Below are positions 12,631 through 27,300 of a DNA stretch of 59,618 nt, piece after piece; position 1 is the first letter of the stretch; every line of letters begins with the position of its first letter. The position numbers and the translations under genes are program-made. Source of the DNA: Chiloscyllium plagiosum (taxonomy: Eukaryota); contig NC_057755.1 of the NCBI RefSeq assembly GCF_004010195.1, forward strand, positions 1,849,306 to 1,908,923, in the 5' to 3' direction. The notes under the pieces were generated by a model, which did no database searches, was not told the DNA's origin, and saw only the letters and a program-made list of their open reading frames with translations.

Positions 12631-15600
12631 CAACATCAGTGATTAGAGATAGTGACCGGGTATGTGATTCCTGTCAGAGATTAGGGATGGTGACCGAGTT
12701 TTTAATTACAGTCAGTGGTTAGGAATGGTGACCAGCTTTGTGATTACGTTGTCAGGGGTGGTGAGGGGTTTGTGATTACTGTCAGGGCTAAGGGATGTTG
12801 ACCAAGTTTGTGATTACTGTCAGTGGTCAGGAATCGTGACCAGGTTTGTGATTTCCATGATTGGTTAGGGATGATGACCCGTTTTGTGATTGCCTTCAGT
12901 GGTTTGGGATTGTGACCGTGTTTGTGATTACTGTCAGTGTTAGGGATAGTGGTCGAGTTTGTGATTATCGTCAGTGGTGAGGGATGGTGACCGGTTTTAT
13001 GATTACTCCCAGTGGTTATGGATGGTGACTGGGTTTGTAATTACCATCAGCAGTTAGGCGTAGTGATTGGGCTTGTGATTACTATCGGGGTTAGGAATGG
13101 TGACTGGGTTTGTGATTATTGTCAGGTTTTCTGGATGGTGACCAGGATTATGGTTACTGTCAGGACTTAGGGATAGTTACCGGGTGAGTATTATGGTGGC
13201 GGTTAGGGATGATGACTGGCTTTGTGATTTTGTCAATGGTTCGGAATGGTCACTTTGTTAATGATTCCTGTCAGTGTTTCAGGATGGTGGCCGGGTGTGT
13301 GATTACTTTTAGTGGTTAGGTATAGCGACCGGGTGTGTAATTACCGGCAGGGGTTAGGAATCGTGACCGAGGTTGCGATTACTGTCAGGGATTAGGGATG
13401 GTGACCATTTTGTGATTACTGTTAGTGTTTCGGGATGGTAACCGGGTTTGTGGTTATTCTCAGGGGTTAGGATTGGTGACTGAGTTTGTGGCTACTGTCA
13501 GTGGTTAGGAATTGTGACCGGGTTTGTGGTTACTGTGAGTGGTCTAGAATGGTGACCGGGTTTGTTATTACTGTCAGTGGTCAAGGATGGTCACCTTGTT
13601 TGTGCTTACCATGAGTGGTTGTGGATGGTGACGAGGCTTATGATTTCTGTTCGTGGATAAGGATGGTGACTGGGTTTGTGATTACTGTCAGGGGTTAGGG
13701 ATGGTTACCGGGTGTGTGATTACTGTCAGCAGTTAGGGATGTTGACCACGTTTGTGATCACCGTCAGGATTTAAGGATGGTGAACGGGTTTGTGGTTACT
13801 GTCAGTGGTTAGCCATGGTGACCGGGTTTGTAATTACTGTTCGTGGTTAGGGATGATGGTCCAGATTGTGATTTCTGTCAGTAGTTAGGGATGGTGACCG
13901 GAATTCTAATTTATCTCAGTGCTCAAGGTTGGTGACCGGGTTTGTCGTTACTGTCAGTGGTTAGGGATTGTGACCAGGTTTGTGATTATTGTCTGTGATT
14001 AGGGATGGTGAGAGGGTTTGTGATTACTATCAGGATTTAGGGATGTTAACCGGGATAGTAATTACTGTCAGTGGTAAGGGATGGTGACCGGGTTTGTGGT
14101 TACCATCAGGGAATAAGGATGGTGACCGGTTCTCAGGCATTAGGGATGGTGACCATTTTGGGATTACTGTCAGTGGTTAGGGATGATGACCGGGTTTGTG
14201 ATTAATTTTACTTGTTATGGATAGTGATCAGGATGTGATTGCCGTCAGGGGTTAGGAATGGTGACCATGTTTGTGATTATCTTCAGTAGTAGGTGATGTT
14301 GACTGGATTTGTGATTATGCCAGTAGATGGGGATAGTAACCGAGTTTGTGATTACTGTCTGTGGTTAGTGATGATGACCGGGTATGTGATTACTGTCAGT
14401 CGTTAGGGATGGTGATCAGGTTGTGATTACTGTCAGTGGTCAAGGATGGTGACCATGTTTGAGACTATCGTCAGTGCTTTCGGGATGGTGACCAATTTTT
14501 TGTGATTACTGTCTTTGGTTATGGATGGAGAACGGATTTGTGATTACTGTCAGTGGGCAGGGATGGCGGCGTGTTTGTGATTGCTGTCAGTGGTTAGGGA
14601 TGGAGACCGGTTTTGTAATTGCTATCAGTGGTTAGGGATGGTGACCCGGTTGGTGATTGCTGTCTGTGGTTAGGGATGGAGAACGGGTTTGTAATAACTG
14701 TCAGGGGTTTGGATGGTGACTGGGTTTGTGATTCCTGTCAGGGGTAGCGGACGGTGACCGGGTTTGTGATTACAGTCAATGGTCAGGGATGGTGACCACG
14801 TTTGTGATCACTGTCAGTGGTATGGGATGGTGACCAGATTTGTGATCACCGTCAGTGGTTTGGAATTGTGATTGGGTTTGTGATTACAGTCAGTGGGAAG
14901 GGATGGTGCCTGGGTTTGCGATTGAGTCAGTAGTCAGGTATGCTAACTGGCTTTGTGATTACTGTAATTGGTTTGGGATGATGACCAGTGTTGAGATTAC
15001 CGTCATTGGGTAGTGATGGTGACTGGCATTGGCATTACTATCAGTGCTCAGGGATATTAACAGGATTTGTGATTACTGTCAGCGGTTAGCGATGATCGCC
15101 GGGATTGTGATTACCGTTAGTGGCTTGTGATGGTGACCGAGTTTGTAATTACTGTCAGTGGTTATGGATGTTGATCGGATTTCTGATTACTATCAGTGTT
15201 TACGGATGGTGACTGGGTTTGTGTTTATTGTCAGGTTTTCGGGACTGTGACCAGGATTGTGGTTACTGTCAGGGGTTAGGGATAGTGACTGGGTGAGTAC
15301 TACCTTCACAGATAGGGATGGTGACTAGGTTTGTGATTACTGTCAATGTTTAGGAATGGTGACATGCATTCTGATTATTGTCAGTGGTTAGGGATGGTGA
15401 CCGGGTTTGTGATTACTGTCAAGGGTTAAGGATGGTTACCGGGTGTGTGATTACTTTCAGTGGTTATGTGTAGTGACCGGGTGTTTGATTTCCGTCAGTG
15501 GTTAGGAATGGCGACCGGGTTTTTGATTACTGTCAGTGTTTCGGGATACTGACCAAGTTTGTGATTACTGTTAGGGGTTAAGGATGGTGACTGGATTTGT

Positions 15601-18184
15601 AATTACCATGAGTGGCTAGAGATCGCAACTATGTTTGTTATTAAATTCAGTGTTTCAGGATGGTGACTGGGTTTGTGGTTATCCTCAGAGGTTAGGAATG
15701 GTGACTGAGTTTGTTGTTACTATCAGGGATTAGGAATGGTGACCGGGTTTGTGGTTGCTCTCAATGACCATGGATGGGGACCGGGTTTGTTATTACTGTC
15801 AGTGGTTATAGATAGTGACCAGTTTTGTGATTACTGACTGTGGTTCTGGATGGTGACCGGGTTTGTGATAACTGTCAGTGCTTACGGATAGTAACCATGT
15901 ATGTTATAACTGTCAGTGCTTCAGGATGGTGACTGGGTTTGTGATTACAGTCAGTAATTCTGAATGGTGACTAGGTTTGTGATTGCTGCTAGTGGTCAAG
16001 GATGGTAACTACGTTTGTAATTACTGTCACTGGTGGTCACCGTGTTTGTGCTTACTGTCAGTGATTATGGATGGTGACCAGATTTGCGATTATTGTCAGT
16101 GGTAAGGAATGATGACTGTGTTTTTGACTACCGTCATTGGTCGGGATGGTGACCGGGTTTTTGATTAGCGTCAGTGGTTTGTGCTTGTGACTGGGCTTGT
16201 GATTACTGTCAGTGGTCAAGAACACTGACCAGGTTTGTAATTACTGTCATCGGTGGTCACCATTTTTGTGATTACTGCCATTGGTTATGGATGGTGACCA
16301 GGTTTGTGATTACTATCAGCGTTTAGGGATGGTGGCTGGATTTGTGAATACTGTCAAATGTTAGGGATTGTGACCAAGTTTGTCATTATTGCCAGTGTGG
16401 CGGATGTTGGCCAGATTTGTGCTTACTGTCAGTGGTCAGGAATGGTGACTGTGCTTTTGATTACCGTCATTGGTAGGGATGGTGACCGGATTTGTGATTG
16501 CCGTCAGTGGTTTGGGATTGTGAGTGGGTTAGTGATTATTGTCAGTGTTTATGGATGGTGACTGTATTTGTGATTACCGGCAGCAGTTAAGGTAGTGAAT
16601 GTGTGTGTGATTATTGTCAGCTTTTAGGGATATTGACACCATTTTCATTACTCACAGTGGTTAGGGAAGGTGACCGAGTTTGTGATTACTGTCAGGGGTT
16701 AGGGATGGTGACCGGGTTTGTGATTACCTACAGTGGTAGAGCTGTTGACCAGATTTTTGTTTAAATCAGTGGTATGGGATAGTGACCGCGTTTTTGATTC
16801 TGCCTGTGTTTGGGGATGATGAACGGGTATGTGATTACTGTCAATCGCAAGGGATGGTGGCCAGTTTGTGATTAGTGTCGGTGGTTACGGATGGTGACCG
16901 GGTTTGTGATTACCGTCAGGGGTTAGGGATGGTGACCATTTTCCTGATTCCTGTCATTGATCTGGATTGGTGACTGGGTTTGTTCTTACTGTCAGTGGTC
17001 AAGGATGGTGACCGCGTTTGTGATTATCGTCAGTGTTTTAGAAATGATTACCACTTTGGCAATTACTGTCAGTGGGTGGGGATGCTGACAGGGTTTGTGA
17101 CGACTGTCAGTGGTCAGGGATGTTGACCAGGTTTATGATTTCTGTCAGTGGTCTGGGATGGTGATCGGGATTGTGATTACAGTCAGTTGTCAGGGATGGT
17201 GACCGGGTTTGTGATCGCCATCACTGGTATGGTGATTTTTAATTATCGTCAGTGGTTTGGGATGGTGAGCAGATTTGTGATCACTGTCAGTTTTTTTTGT
17301 AATAGTGAACGAGTTTGTGATTACAGTCAGTGGGAAGGTATGGTGACTGTGTTTGTGATTAATATCAGTAGTCAGATATGCTAACTGGCTTTGTAATTAC
17401 TGTCAGCGGTTTGGGATGATGACCAGGGTTGAGTTGACCGTCAATGGGTGGGGATGGTAACTGGCATTGTCATTACTGCCAATGCTCAGGGATGTTAACA
17501 GGGTTCGTGATTATTGGCAGTGGTTAGGGAAGATCACTGGGATTGTGATTGCCATCAGTGGTTAGGGATGGCGATCGGGTTTGTGATTACTGACAGTGGG
17601 AAGGGATGGTGACCGGGTTTGTGATTACAGTCAGTGGTCAGGGATGGTGACCGGGTTTGTGATCACCGTCACTGGTATAGTATGGATGACCGGATTTTTG
17701 ATTTTCGCCAGTGGTTTGCGATGGTGAGCGGATTTGTAATCACCGTCAGTTTTTTTTTTGTAATAATGAATGAGTTTGTGATTACAGTCAGTGGGAAGGT
17801 ATGGTGACAATGTGTTTGTGATTAAATGTTAGTAGTCAGGTATGCTAACTGGCTTTGTGATTACCGTCAGTGGTTTGGGATGATGACCAGGGTTGAGATT
17901 ACCGTCAATATGTAGGGATGTTGACTGGTATTGCCATTACTGTCAGTGCTCAGGGATGTTAACAGGGTTTGTCATTACTGGCAGTGGTTAGGGAAGATCA
18001 CCGGTGTTGTGATTGCCATCAGTGGTTAGGGATGGTGACCGGGTTTGTAATTACTGGCAGTGGGATGGTGACTGGGATGGTGATTACTATCAGGGTATAG
18101 GGATGGTGACCGGGTGTGTGATTACTCTCAGTACTTAGAGATGGTGACCAGGTTTATGATTACCATCAAGGGTTAAGGCTGCTG

Positions 18185-18331
18185 GACAAAAGCGAGGACA
18201 GCAGATTCTGGAAACTAGAGTTTAGATCAGAGTGGTGCTGGAAAAGCACAGCAGGTCGGGCAACAATCGAGGAGTAGGAAAATCAATGTTTCGGGCAAAA
18301 GCCCTCATGAAGGGCTTTTGCCCAAAACGTC
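18185..18331. mobile_element. Penelope-like element terminal (pLTR) fragment with inverted junction, inserted in the satellite
   Basis: gagtggtgctggaaaagcacagcagg...tttcgggcaaaagccc tcatgaa gggcttttgcccaaaacgtc; matches the PLE termini at 51996-52080 and 59003-59095. Confidence 0.85.
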
Positions 18332-21300
18332 GGTTAGGGGTGCTGACTGAGTTTGTGATTACTGTCAGGGGTGGTGACTGGGTTTGTGATACCTGTCAGG
18401 GGTTAAGGATGGCGATCTGGCGTGTGATTACTTTCAGTGGTTAGGTATAGTGACTGGATGGTAGATTACCGTGAGTGGTTAGAGATGGCGACGGGTTTTT
18501 GATTACTGTCAGTGTTTCAGGATAGTGACCAAGTTTGTGATTACTGTCAGGGGTTAGGGTTGGCAGCCATGTTTGTGATTACTGCCTTTGTTTCAGGATG
18601 GTGACCGGGTTTGTGGTTATTCTCAGGGGTTAGGAATTGTGACCGGGTTTGTGGTTACTGTCAATGGTCAATGATGGTGACCGGGTTTGTTATTACTGTC
18701 AGTGGTTAAGGATGGTCACTGTGTTTGTGTTTACCGTCAGTGGTTATGGATGGTGACCAGGTTTGTGATTTCTGTTAGGGGTAAAGGATGGTGATCGGTT
18801 TTGTGATTACTATAAATGCTTAATGATAGTGATCAGGTGTGTTATAACCGTCAGTGATTCAGGATGGTGATTGGGGTTGTCATTACCGTCAATGGTTAGG
18901 GATGGTGACGGGTTTGTGATTACCATCAGTGGTTTGGTTTTGTGACAGGGTTTGTGTTAACTGTCAGTGGTTAGCGATGGTGACCGAGATTGTGATTATC
19001 ATGAAGTTGAGGTTTGGGGACTGGTTTTGTAGTTACTGAGAGCGGTTTGAGATAGTGACTAGTTTTGTGATGACTGTCAGGTGTTATGGATGGTGACCGC
19101 GTTCGTGATTACTGTCAGTGGTTATGGATGGTGACCGGGTTTATCATTACTGTCAGTGGTTATGGATGGTGACCGGGTTTGTGATTACCATCAGTGGTTA
19201 GGGATAGTGACTGCATTTGTGATTACTATCAAGAGTTTGGATGGTGACTGGGTTTGTGATTACTGTCAGGTTTTCGGGATGGTGATCGGGATTGTGGATA
19301 CTGTCTGGGATAAAGGATAGTAAAGGGGTGAGTACGACCATCACAGGTTACGGTTGTGACTGGGTTTGTGATTAGTGTCAATGGATTGGAATGGTGATCA
19401 GCATTCTGATTATTGTCAATGGTTAGAGATGGTGACTGGTTTTGTGGTTACTGTCAGACGTTTGGAATGGTGATCATGTGTGTGATTGCCATCAGGGGTT
19501 TTGGATGGTGACCGGGTTTGTGACTACTGTCAGGGGCTAAGGATAGTGACCGGTTGCGTGATTACTTTCAGTGGTTATGTGTAGCGACTGAGTTTTTGTT
19601 TACCGTCAGTGGTTAGGGATGGCGACCGAGGTTTAGATTACTGTAATTGCTGCGGCATCGTGACAGAGTTTGGAATTACTGTCAGGGGTTAGGGGTGGCG
19701 ACCAAGATTTTGACGACTGTCAGTGTTTCATTATAGTGACCAGATTTGTGATTACTTACAGGGATTATTGATGGTGACCGGGTTTGTGACTACCGTCAGT
19801 GGTTAGGGATCGCGACCATGTTTGTGATTACTGTCAGTGTTTCGTGATCGTGACTGGATCTGTGGTTATTCTCAGGGGTTAGGAATGGTGATCGTGTTTC
19901 TGGTTACTGTCAGGTATTCGGAATGGTGAGTGGGATAGGATTACTGTCAGTGGTCAAGGCTGGTGACTGAGTTTATTACTACATTCAGCCATCAAGGATG
20001 GTCACCATATTTGTGATTACCGTCAGTGGTTTATTGATGATGACCAGGTTTGTGATTACTCTCTGTAGTTAGGAATGACGATCAGGTTTGTGATTTCTGT
20101 TTGTGGGTAGGGATGTTTACCGGGTCTGTCATTACCGTCAGGATTTAGGGATGGGTTTGTGATGACAGTCAGTGGTAAGGGATGGTGATCCGGATTGTGA
20201 TTACTGTGAGTGGTTAGGCATGATGACCAGGTTTCTGATTAACATCAGGGATGAGGAATGATGACCAGGTTTGTGACTACCATCAAAGGTTAGGGATGAT
20301 AACCGAGTTTATGATTAATGAAAGTGGCTGACAATGATGACCGGGTTTGTGATTAGTGCCAGTGGTTAAGGATGGTGACTTGTTTTGTGTTTGCTGTCAG
20401 GGGGTAGGGATGGTGACCGGGTTTGTGATTTCCCTCAGTTGTCAAGGTTGGTGACCAGGTATATGGTTACTCTCTGAGGTTAGGGGCGGTTACCGGGTTT
20501 GTGCTTACCGTCAGGTGTTCGGGATGTTAACCAGGATCGTAATTCCTGTCTTTCATTCGGGATGGTGGCAGGGTTTGTGGTTACTATCCGGGATTAAGAA
20601 TTGAAACCTGTTTTGTGCTTACTGTCAGTTGTTATGGATTGTGACCAGCTTTTTGATTACTGTCAGTGGTTCGGGATGGTGACCACGTTTGAGATTACTG
20701 TCAGTGGTTATGGATGGTGACCAGTATTGCAATTACTGTCAGTGGCTAGGGATGATGACGAGGTTTGCTACTACAGTCAGCGGTCAAAGATGGTCAACGT
20801 GCTTGCGATTACTGTCAGTGGTTATTGATGTTGACCAGGTTTGCGATTACTTTCTGTGGTTAGGGATGGCGACAACCTTTGTGATTCATGTTAGTGATTA
20901 AGGATGGTGATCGGTTTTGTGATTACTTTCAGGGGTTAGGGATGGTTAGAGATTACTGCCAGCGGTTAGAGATGGTGACCATGTTTGTGATCACTGTCAG
21001 GGTTTAGGGATGGTGACGGGGTTTGTGGTTAAGGTCAGTGGTTAGCAATGGCGACCGGGTTTGTGATTACTGTCAGTGGGAGGGCTGGTGACTGGGTTTA
21101 TGATTACTATAAATGGTTATTGATGGTGACCGCATTTGTGATTACTGTTAGTGCATATGGATAGTGACCGGGATATGATTACGGGCAGTGGTTCGTGATG
21201 GAGACCGGGTTTGTGATACCTGTCAGTAGTAGAGGATTTTGACCGGGTTTGTAATTGCTGTCAGTGGTATGGGATGGTTTCTGAGTTTCTGGTTACTGAC

Positions 21301-24300
21301 TATGCTGAGGAATGATCACCAGGTTTATGATAACTGTCTGTGGATATGGATGGTGACCTGTTTTGTGATTACTGTCAGTCGTTAGGTGCGGTGACCAAGT
21401 TTGTGATTACTGTCAGTGGTTCCAGATAGTGGCAAGGTTTGTGATTATCGTCAGTTGTTCTGGATGATGACCGTGTTTGTGATTAACTTCAGTGGTACGG
21501 AGGTTGATCGGGTTGGTGATTACCATCAGTGGTTTGGGACAGTGACCGGGTTTGTGATTACTCTCTGTGGTTAGGATTGATGACTGGGTATGTGATTACT
21601 GTCAGGGCTTAGGGATGGTGAACGTTTTTGTGATTACTGTCATTGGTCTGGGTTGGTGACTGGGTTTGTGGTTACTGTCATTGGTCTGGGTTGCTGACTG
21701 AGTTTGAGATTACTGTTTTAGGGATGATGTCCAGTTTTGTGATTTCTATCTGTAGTTATGTTTGCTGACCGGATTTGTGATTACTGTCAGTGGTCAGGGA
21801 CGGTTACCGGCTTTGTGATTGCTGTCAGTGTATAGGGATAGCGGCCTGGTTTGTGATTACTGTCAGGGGTTAGGGATGATGACCGGATTTGTGATTACTG
21901 TGAATGATTTGGAATGGTGACAGTGTTTGTGATTTCTGTCAGTGGTAGTGGATGGTGACCAGAATTGTGATCACTGTCAAAGTTTAAGGATGGTGACAGG
22001 ATTTGTGATTGCAGTCAATGGTTAAGAATGGTGACCCGGATTGTGACTACTCTCAGTGGTTAGGGATGGCGACCAGCATTATGATTACTCTCAGCCATCA
22101 AGGATGGTCACCGTATTTGAGATCACCGTCTCTGATTGTGGATGTTGACCAGGTTTGTGATTGCTCTCTGTGGTTAGGGATGACGACCAGATTTGTGATT
22201 TCTGTTAGTGCTTAAGCATGGTGACCGGGTTTGTGAATATTGTCAGGGGTTAGGGATATTTACCGGGTGTGTGATTACGGTCAGCGGTTAGGGATGGTGA
22301 CCATGTTTGTGATTATCGTCAGGGTTTAGGAATGGTGACTGGGTTTGTTATGACAGTCACGGGTTAGCGATGGTGACCGGGACTGTTTTTACTGTCAGTG
22401 GTCAGGGATGTTGACCAGATATGTGATAAAAGTCAGTGGTTAGCGATGGTGATCACGTTTGTGATTACTGTCAGTGGTTAGGTATGGTGATTTGGGTTGA
22501 GATTATTGTCAGTGGTAGCGGATGTTCACCGGGTTTGTGATTACTGTCAGGGAAAACCGTCAGGGTTTAGTGAACGTGAATGCATTTGTGATAACAGTCA
22601 GTGGTTAACGATGGTGACCGGGTTTGTGACTATCATGGAGGGTTAGGAATGGTAAGTTAGTTTGTGATTAATGGAAGTAGCTGGCGATGGCATCCGGGTT
22701 TGTGTTTAGTGTCCGTGGTTAGGTATGGTGACTGGTTTAGTCAATACTGTCAGGGGGTAGGGATGGTGACTGGTTTTGTTATTTATCTCAGTGGTCAAGG
22801 TTGGTGACCGGGTTTGTGGTTACTGTCAGTGCTTAAGGACTCTGATCAGGTTTGTAATTAATGCCCGTGGTTAGGGATGGTAACCAGGATTGTAATTACT
22901 ATCCGTGGTTTGGGATGGTGACAGGGTTTGTGGCGACAATCATGGATTAAGGATAGTAACGGGTATATTGCTTACTGCCAGGTGTTATGGATGGTGATCA
23001 GCTTTGTGGTTACTGTCAGTTTTCGCAATGGTGACCACGTTTGTGATTACTGTCAGTGGTTAGAGATGGTGACCAGCATTGTGATTACTGTCAGAAGTAA
23101 GGAATCATGACCGGGTTTGTGATTACTGTTAGTGACTTTGAATGGTGACCGGGGATGTGATTACTGTCAGGGTTAGGCATGGTGATTGGATTTGTGATTA
23201 CTGTCAGTAGTTCTAGATGGTGACTGTGTTTCTCATTTCCTTCAGTGGTCGGGGATATTTACCGGGTTCGTGATTACAGTCAGTGGATTGGGAAAGTGAC
23301 CGTGCCTGTGATTACTGTCAGGGGTAAGGGATTATGGTGACTGCGATGTAATTACTGTCAGGTGTTAGGGATGATGACTGGATTTCTGATTACTGTCAGT
23401 AGTTCTGGATAGTTACCGTGTTTGTGATTAACTTCAGATTTAGGGGATAATGACCAGGTTTGTGATTCCAGTCAGTGGTTTGGGATAGTGACCGTGTTTG
23501 TGATTACTGTCTGTGGTTCGGGATGATGGACAGGTGTGTCGTTACAATCAGTCGTTAGGGATGATGACCAGTTTGTGATTACTATCAGTAGTATGTTGCA
23601 AACTGACTTTCTGATTACTGTCAGTGATTTTGGATGATGACCAGGTTTGTGATTAATGTCAATGGATAGGGATGGTGACAGGCATTGATATTATTGTCAG
23701 TGCTCAGGGTGTTAACAGTGTTTACGAACACTGACAGTGGTTAGCAATGATCACCTGGATTGTGATAACCATCAGTGATTAGGGATGTTGACCGGGTTTG
23801 TGATAACTGTCAGAGGTTTGGAATGGTAACGTAGTTTTGTGATTACAGTCAGGGGTTAGTGATGGTGACTGGGTCTGTGATTACTGTCAGTGGTTAGGGA
23901 TTGAGACGGGGTTTGTGGTTACTGCCTTTAGGAAAGGTGACCCCGTGTGTGATTACTGTCAGAGTTTCTGGATAGTTACTGGGTGTGTGATTACTGACAA
24001 GGTTTATGGCTAATCACGGGGTTTTTGATTACCCGTCAAAGTTTATGGGTAGTGGCTGGGTCTGTGATTACTGTAAGCTGTTTGGGATAATGAGCGGGTT
24101 TGGTTTTACTGCCTGTTGTTAGGAATGTTGATTGGGTTTGTGACTACCATCAGTCATCAGGCATGGTGTCCGATTTTGTGATTTTTGTCAGTGGTTAAGT
24201 ATGGTGACCAGCTTCGTGATTACCATCAGAGGTTAGAGATGTTGAAGGTGTTTGTGCTATATGTCAGGACTTATGGATGGTGACTAGGTTTGTATTACTG

Positions 24301-27300
24301 TCAGATGGTTGGGATGGTGACTAGGTTTATGATTCTGTCAGTGGTTAAAGATAGTGACCGTGTTTGTGATTACCGTCAGTGGCTAGGGTTGTGACTGGGT
24401 CTGTGATTGCGTTCAGTGGTTTAGGGATGGTGACGAAGATTGTGATTTCTTTTAGGGGTTAGGGATGGTTACCAGGTTTAGGATAGTAACTGGGTCTGTG
24501 ATTATGTTCAGTGGTTAGGGATGATTACCAGATATGTGATTATTGTCAGTCGTTAGGGATGGCGACCAGTTTGTGATTACTGTCGGCAGTTCGTGATGGT
24601 GACCGTGTTTGTGATTACCATCAGGGGTTAGTGATGGTGACGGTTTTTGTGATTCCGGTAATTGGTCTGGGTTGATGAGTGTGTTTGTGATAACTTTCAG
24701 TGGTCAAGGATGGTGGCCGTGTTTGTGATTATCGCCATTGCATTAGGAATGATGACCAGTTTTGTGATTACTGTCAGTGTTTCGGGATGCTGACCGGATT
24801 TGTGATAACTGTTAGTGGTCAGAGAAGGTAACCAGATTTGTGACTACTCTCAGCGGTTAGGGATGATGACCAGTTTTGTGATTTCTCTCAGTGGTAAGTG
24901 ATGCTTACCGCATGTGTGATAACGGTCATTTGTCAGGGATGGTGACCGGGTTTCTATTGCTGTAAGTCGTTAGGGATCGTGACAAGGTTTGTGATTACTG
25001 TCAGTGGTGGCGGATGGTGATTGAGTTTGTGATTACAGTCAGTGGTCAGCGATGGTAACTGGGTTTGTGATCAACGTCAGTGGTATGGAAGGTGACCAGA
25101 TTTGTGATTACCATCAATAGTTTGAGATGGTGAACGTGTTTGAGACCACCGTCAGTGGTATGGGATAGCGATTGAGCTTGTGATTACAGTCAGTGGGAAG
25201 GGATGATGACTGGGTTTGTGATTACCGTCAGTGGTAGCGGATGGTGAATGAGTTTGTGATCACCACCAGTGGTATGGAAGGTGACCGGATTTGTGATTAC
25301 CATTAGTGGTTTGAGATGGTGACCGGGTTTGTGATTACAATCAGTGGGAAGGGATGTTGACTGGGTTTGTGATTACTCTCAGTAGTCAGGTATGCTATCT
25401 GGCTTTGTGATTACCGTCAGTGGTTTGGGATGATGACCAGGTTTGTGATTATAGTCAGTGGTTTGGGATGGTGCCCTGGTGTGTGATAAACATCAGATGT
25501 TAGTGATGGTGACTGGGTTTGGGGTTACTGTTAGTGATTAGGAATGGTGACCAGAAATATGATTACTGCCAGTGGTTATGGATGGTGATCAGGTTTATGA
25601 TTACAGTCATGGCTTAGGAATAGTGACCGGGTTTATTGTTCTGTCAGTGGTTACAGATAGTGACCGTGTTTTGATTACCGTCAGTGGTTAGGCATTGTGA
25701 GTGGGTCTGCGATTACGTTCAGTGGTTATGGATGCTGCCGAGGTGTGTGATTTCTCTCAGGGGTAAGGGATGGTGAGACGGGTTTGTGATTTCTTCCAGT
25801 GGTCAGGGATGGTAATCGGGTTTGGGATAATGACTGGGTCAGTGATTACGTTCAGTGGTTAGGGATGGTGACCAGATACGTGATTACTGTCAGTCGTTCG
25901 GGATGGTGACCAGTTTGTGATTACTGTCGGTGGTTATGAATGGTGATGGCTTTTGTGATTCCTGTAATTGGTCTGGGTTTTCGACTGGGTTTGTGATTAC
26001 TCTCAGTGGTCAAGGATGGTGTCCGTGTTTGTGATTATCGTCAATGTATTAGGAATGATGACCAGTTTTGTGATTACTATCAGTGGTTAGTGATGCTGAC
26101 CTGATTTGTGATAACAGTCGGTGGTCAGGGAAGTTGACCGGGTTTGGGACTACTGTCAGTGGTTAGGTATGATGACCAGTTTTGTGATTACTCTCAGTGT
26201 TTAGGGATGCTTACCGGATTTGTGATAACTGTCAGTGGCCAGAGATGGTGACTGGATTTTTATTGCTGTCAGTGGTTAGGGATGGTGACCAGGTTTGTGA
26301 TTATTGTCAGTAGCAGTGGATGGTGACCGATTTTGTGATTACAGTCAGTGGTTTGAGATGGTGACCGGGTTTCTTATCACAGTGAGTGGTTTAGGATCGT
26401 GATCGAGCTTGTAATTACAGTCAGTGGGAAGGGACGTTGACTGGGTGTGTGATTACTGTAAGTAGTCAGGTATGCTAACTGGCTTTGTGATTACCATCAG
26501 TGGTTTGGAATGATGACCAGGTTTGTGATTACTCTCAGTGGCGAGGGATGCTTACCGGATTTGTGAAAGCTGTCAGTGGTGAGGGATGGTGCCCGGGTTT
26601 GTGATTGCTGTTACTGGTAGTGATAGTGACCTGGTTTGTGATTACATTCTGTGGTCAGCGATTGTAATAGGGTTTGTGATCACCGTCAGTCGTATGGAAG
26701 GTGACCGCATTTGAGATTACCGTAAGTGGTTTAGGATGGTGACCGTGTTTGTGATAACCATCAGTGGTTTAGGATCGTGATTGAGTTTGTGATTGCAGAC
26801 AATGTGAAGGGATGGTGACTGGGTTTGTGATTACTGTCAGTAGTCAGGTATGCTAACTGGCTTTGTGATTACTATCAGTGGTTTGTGATGATGACCAGGT
26901 TTGTGATTACCGCCAATGGGTAGGGATGGTGACCGGCATTGTCATGACTTTCAGTGATCAGGGATGTTAACAATGTTTGTGATTACTCTCAGTAGTTAGG
27001 AAGGTCACCGGGATTGTGATTACCATCAGTGTTTCGGGATGGTGATCGTTTTTGTGTTTACTGTCAGTGGTTCGTGATGGTGACCTGGATTGTGATTACT
27101 GTCAGTGGTTAGGGATGGTGAATCGGTTTCTGATTACCGTCAGTAGTTACGGATGATGATCGGGTTTGTGACTACCATTAAGGGTTCGGGATGATAACTG
27201 GGTTTGTGATTAATGGAATTGGCTGGCGTTGATGACCGGCTTTGTGATTAGTGTCAGAGGTTATGAATGTTACTGATTTTGTGATTGATTAAAGCGGGTA

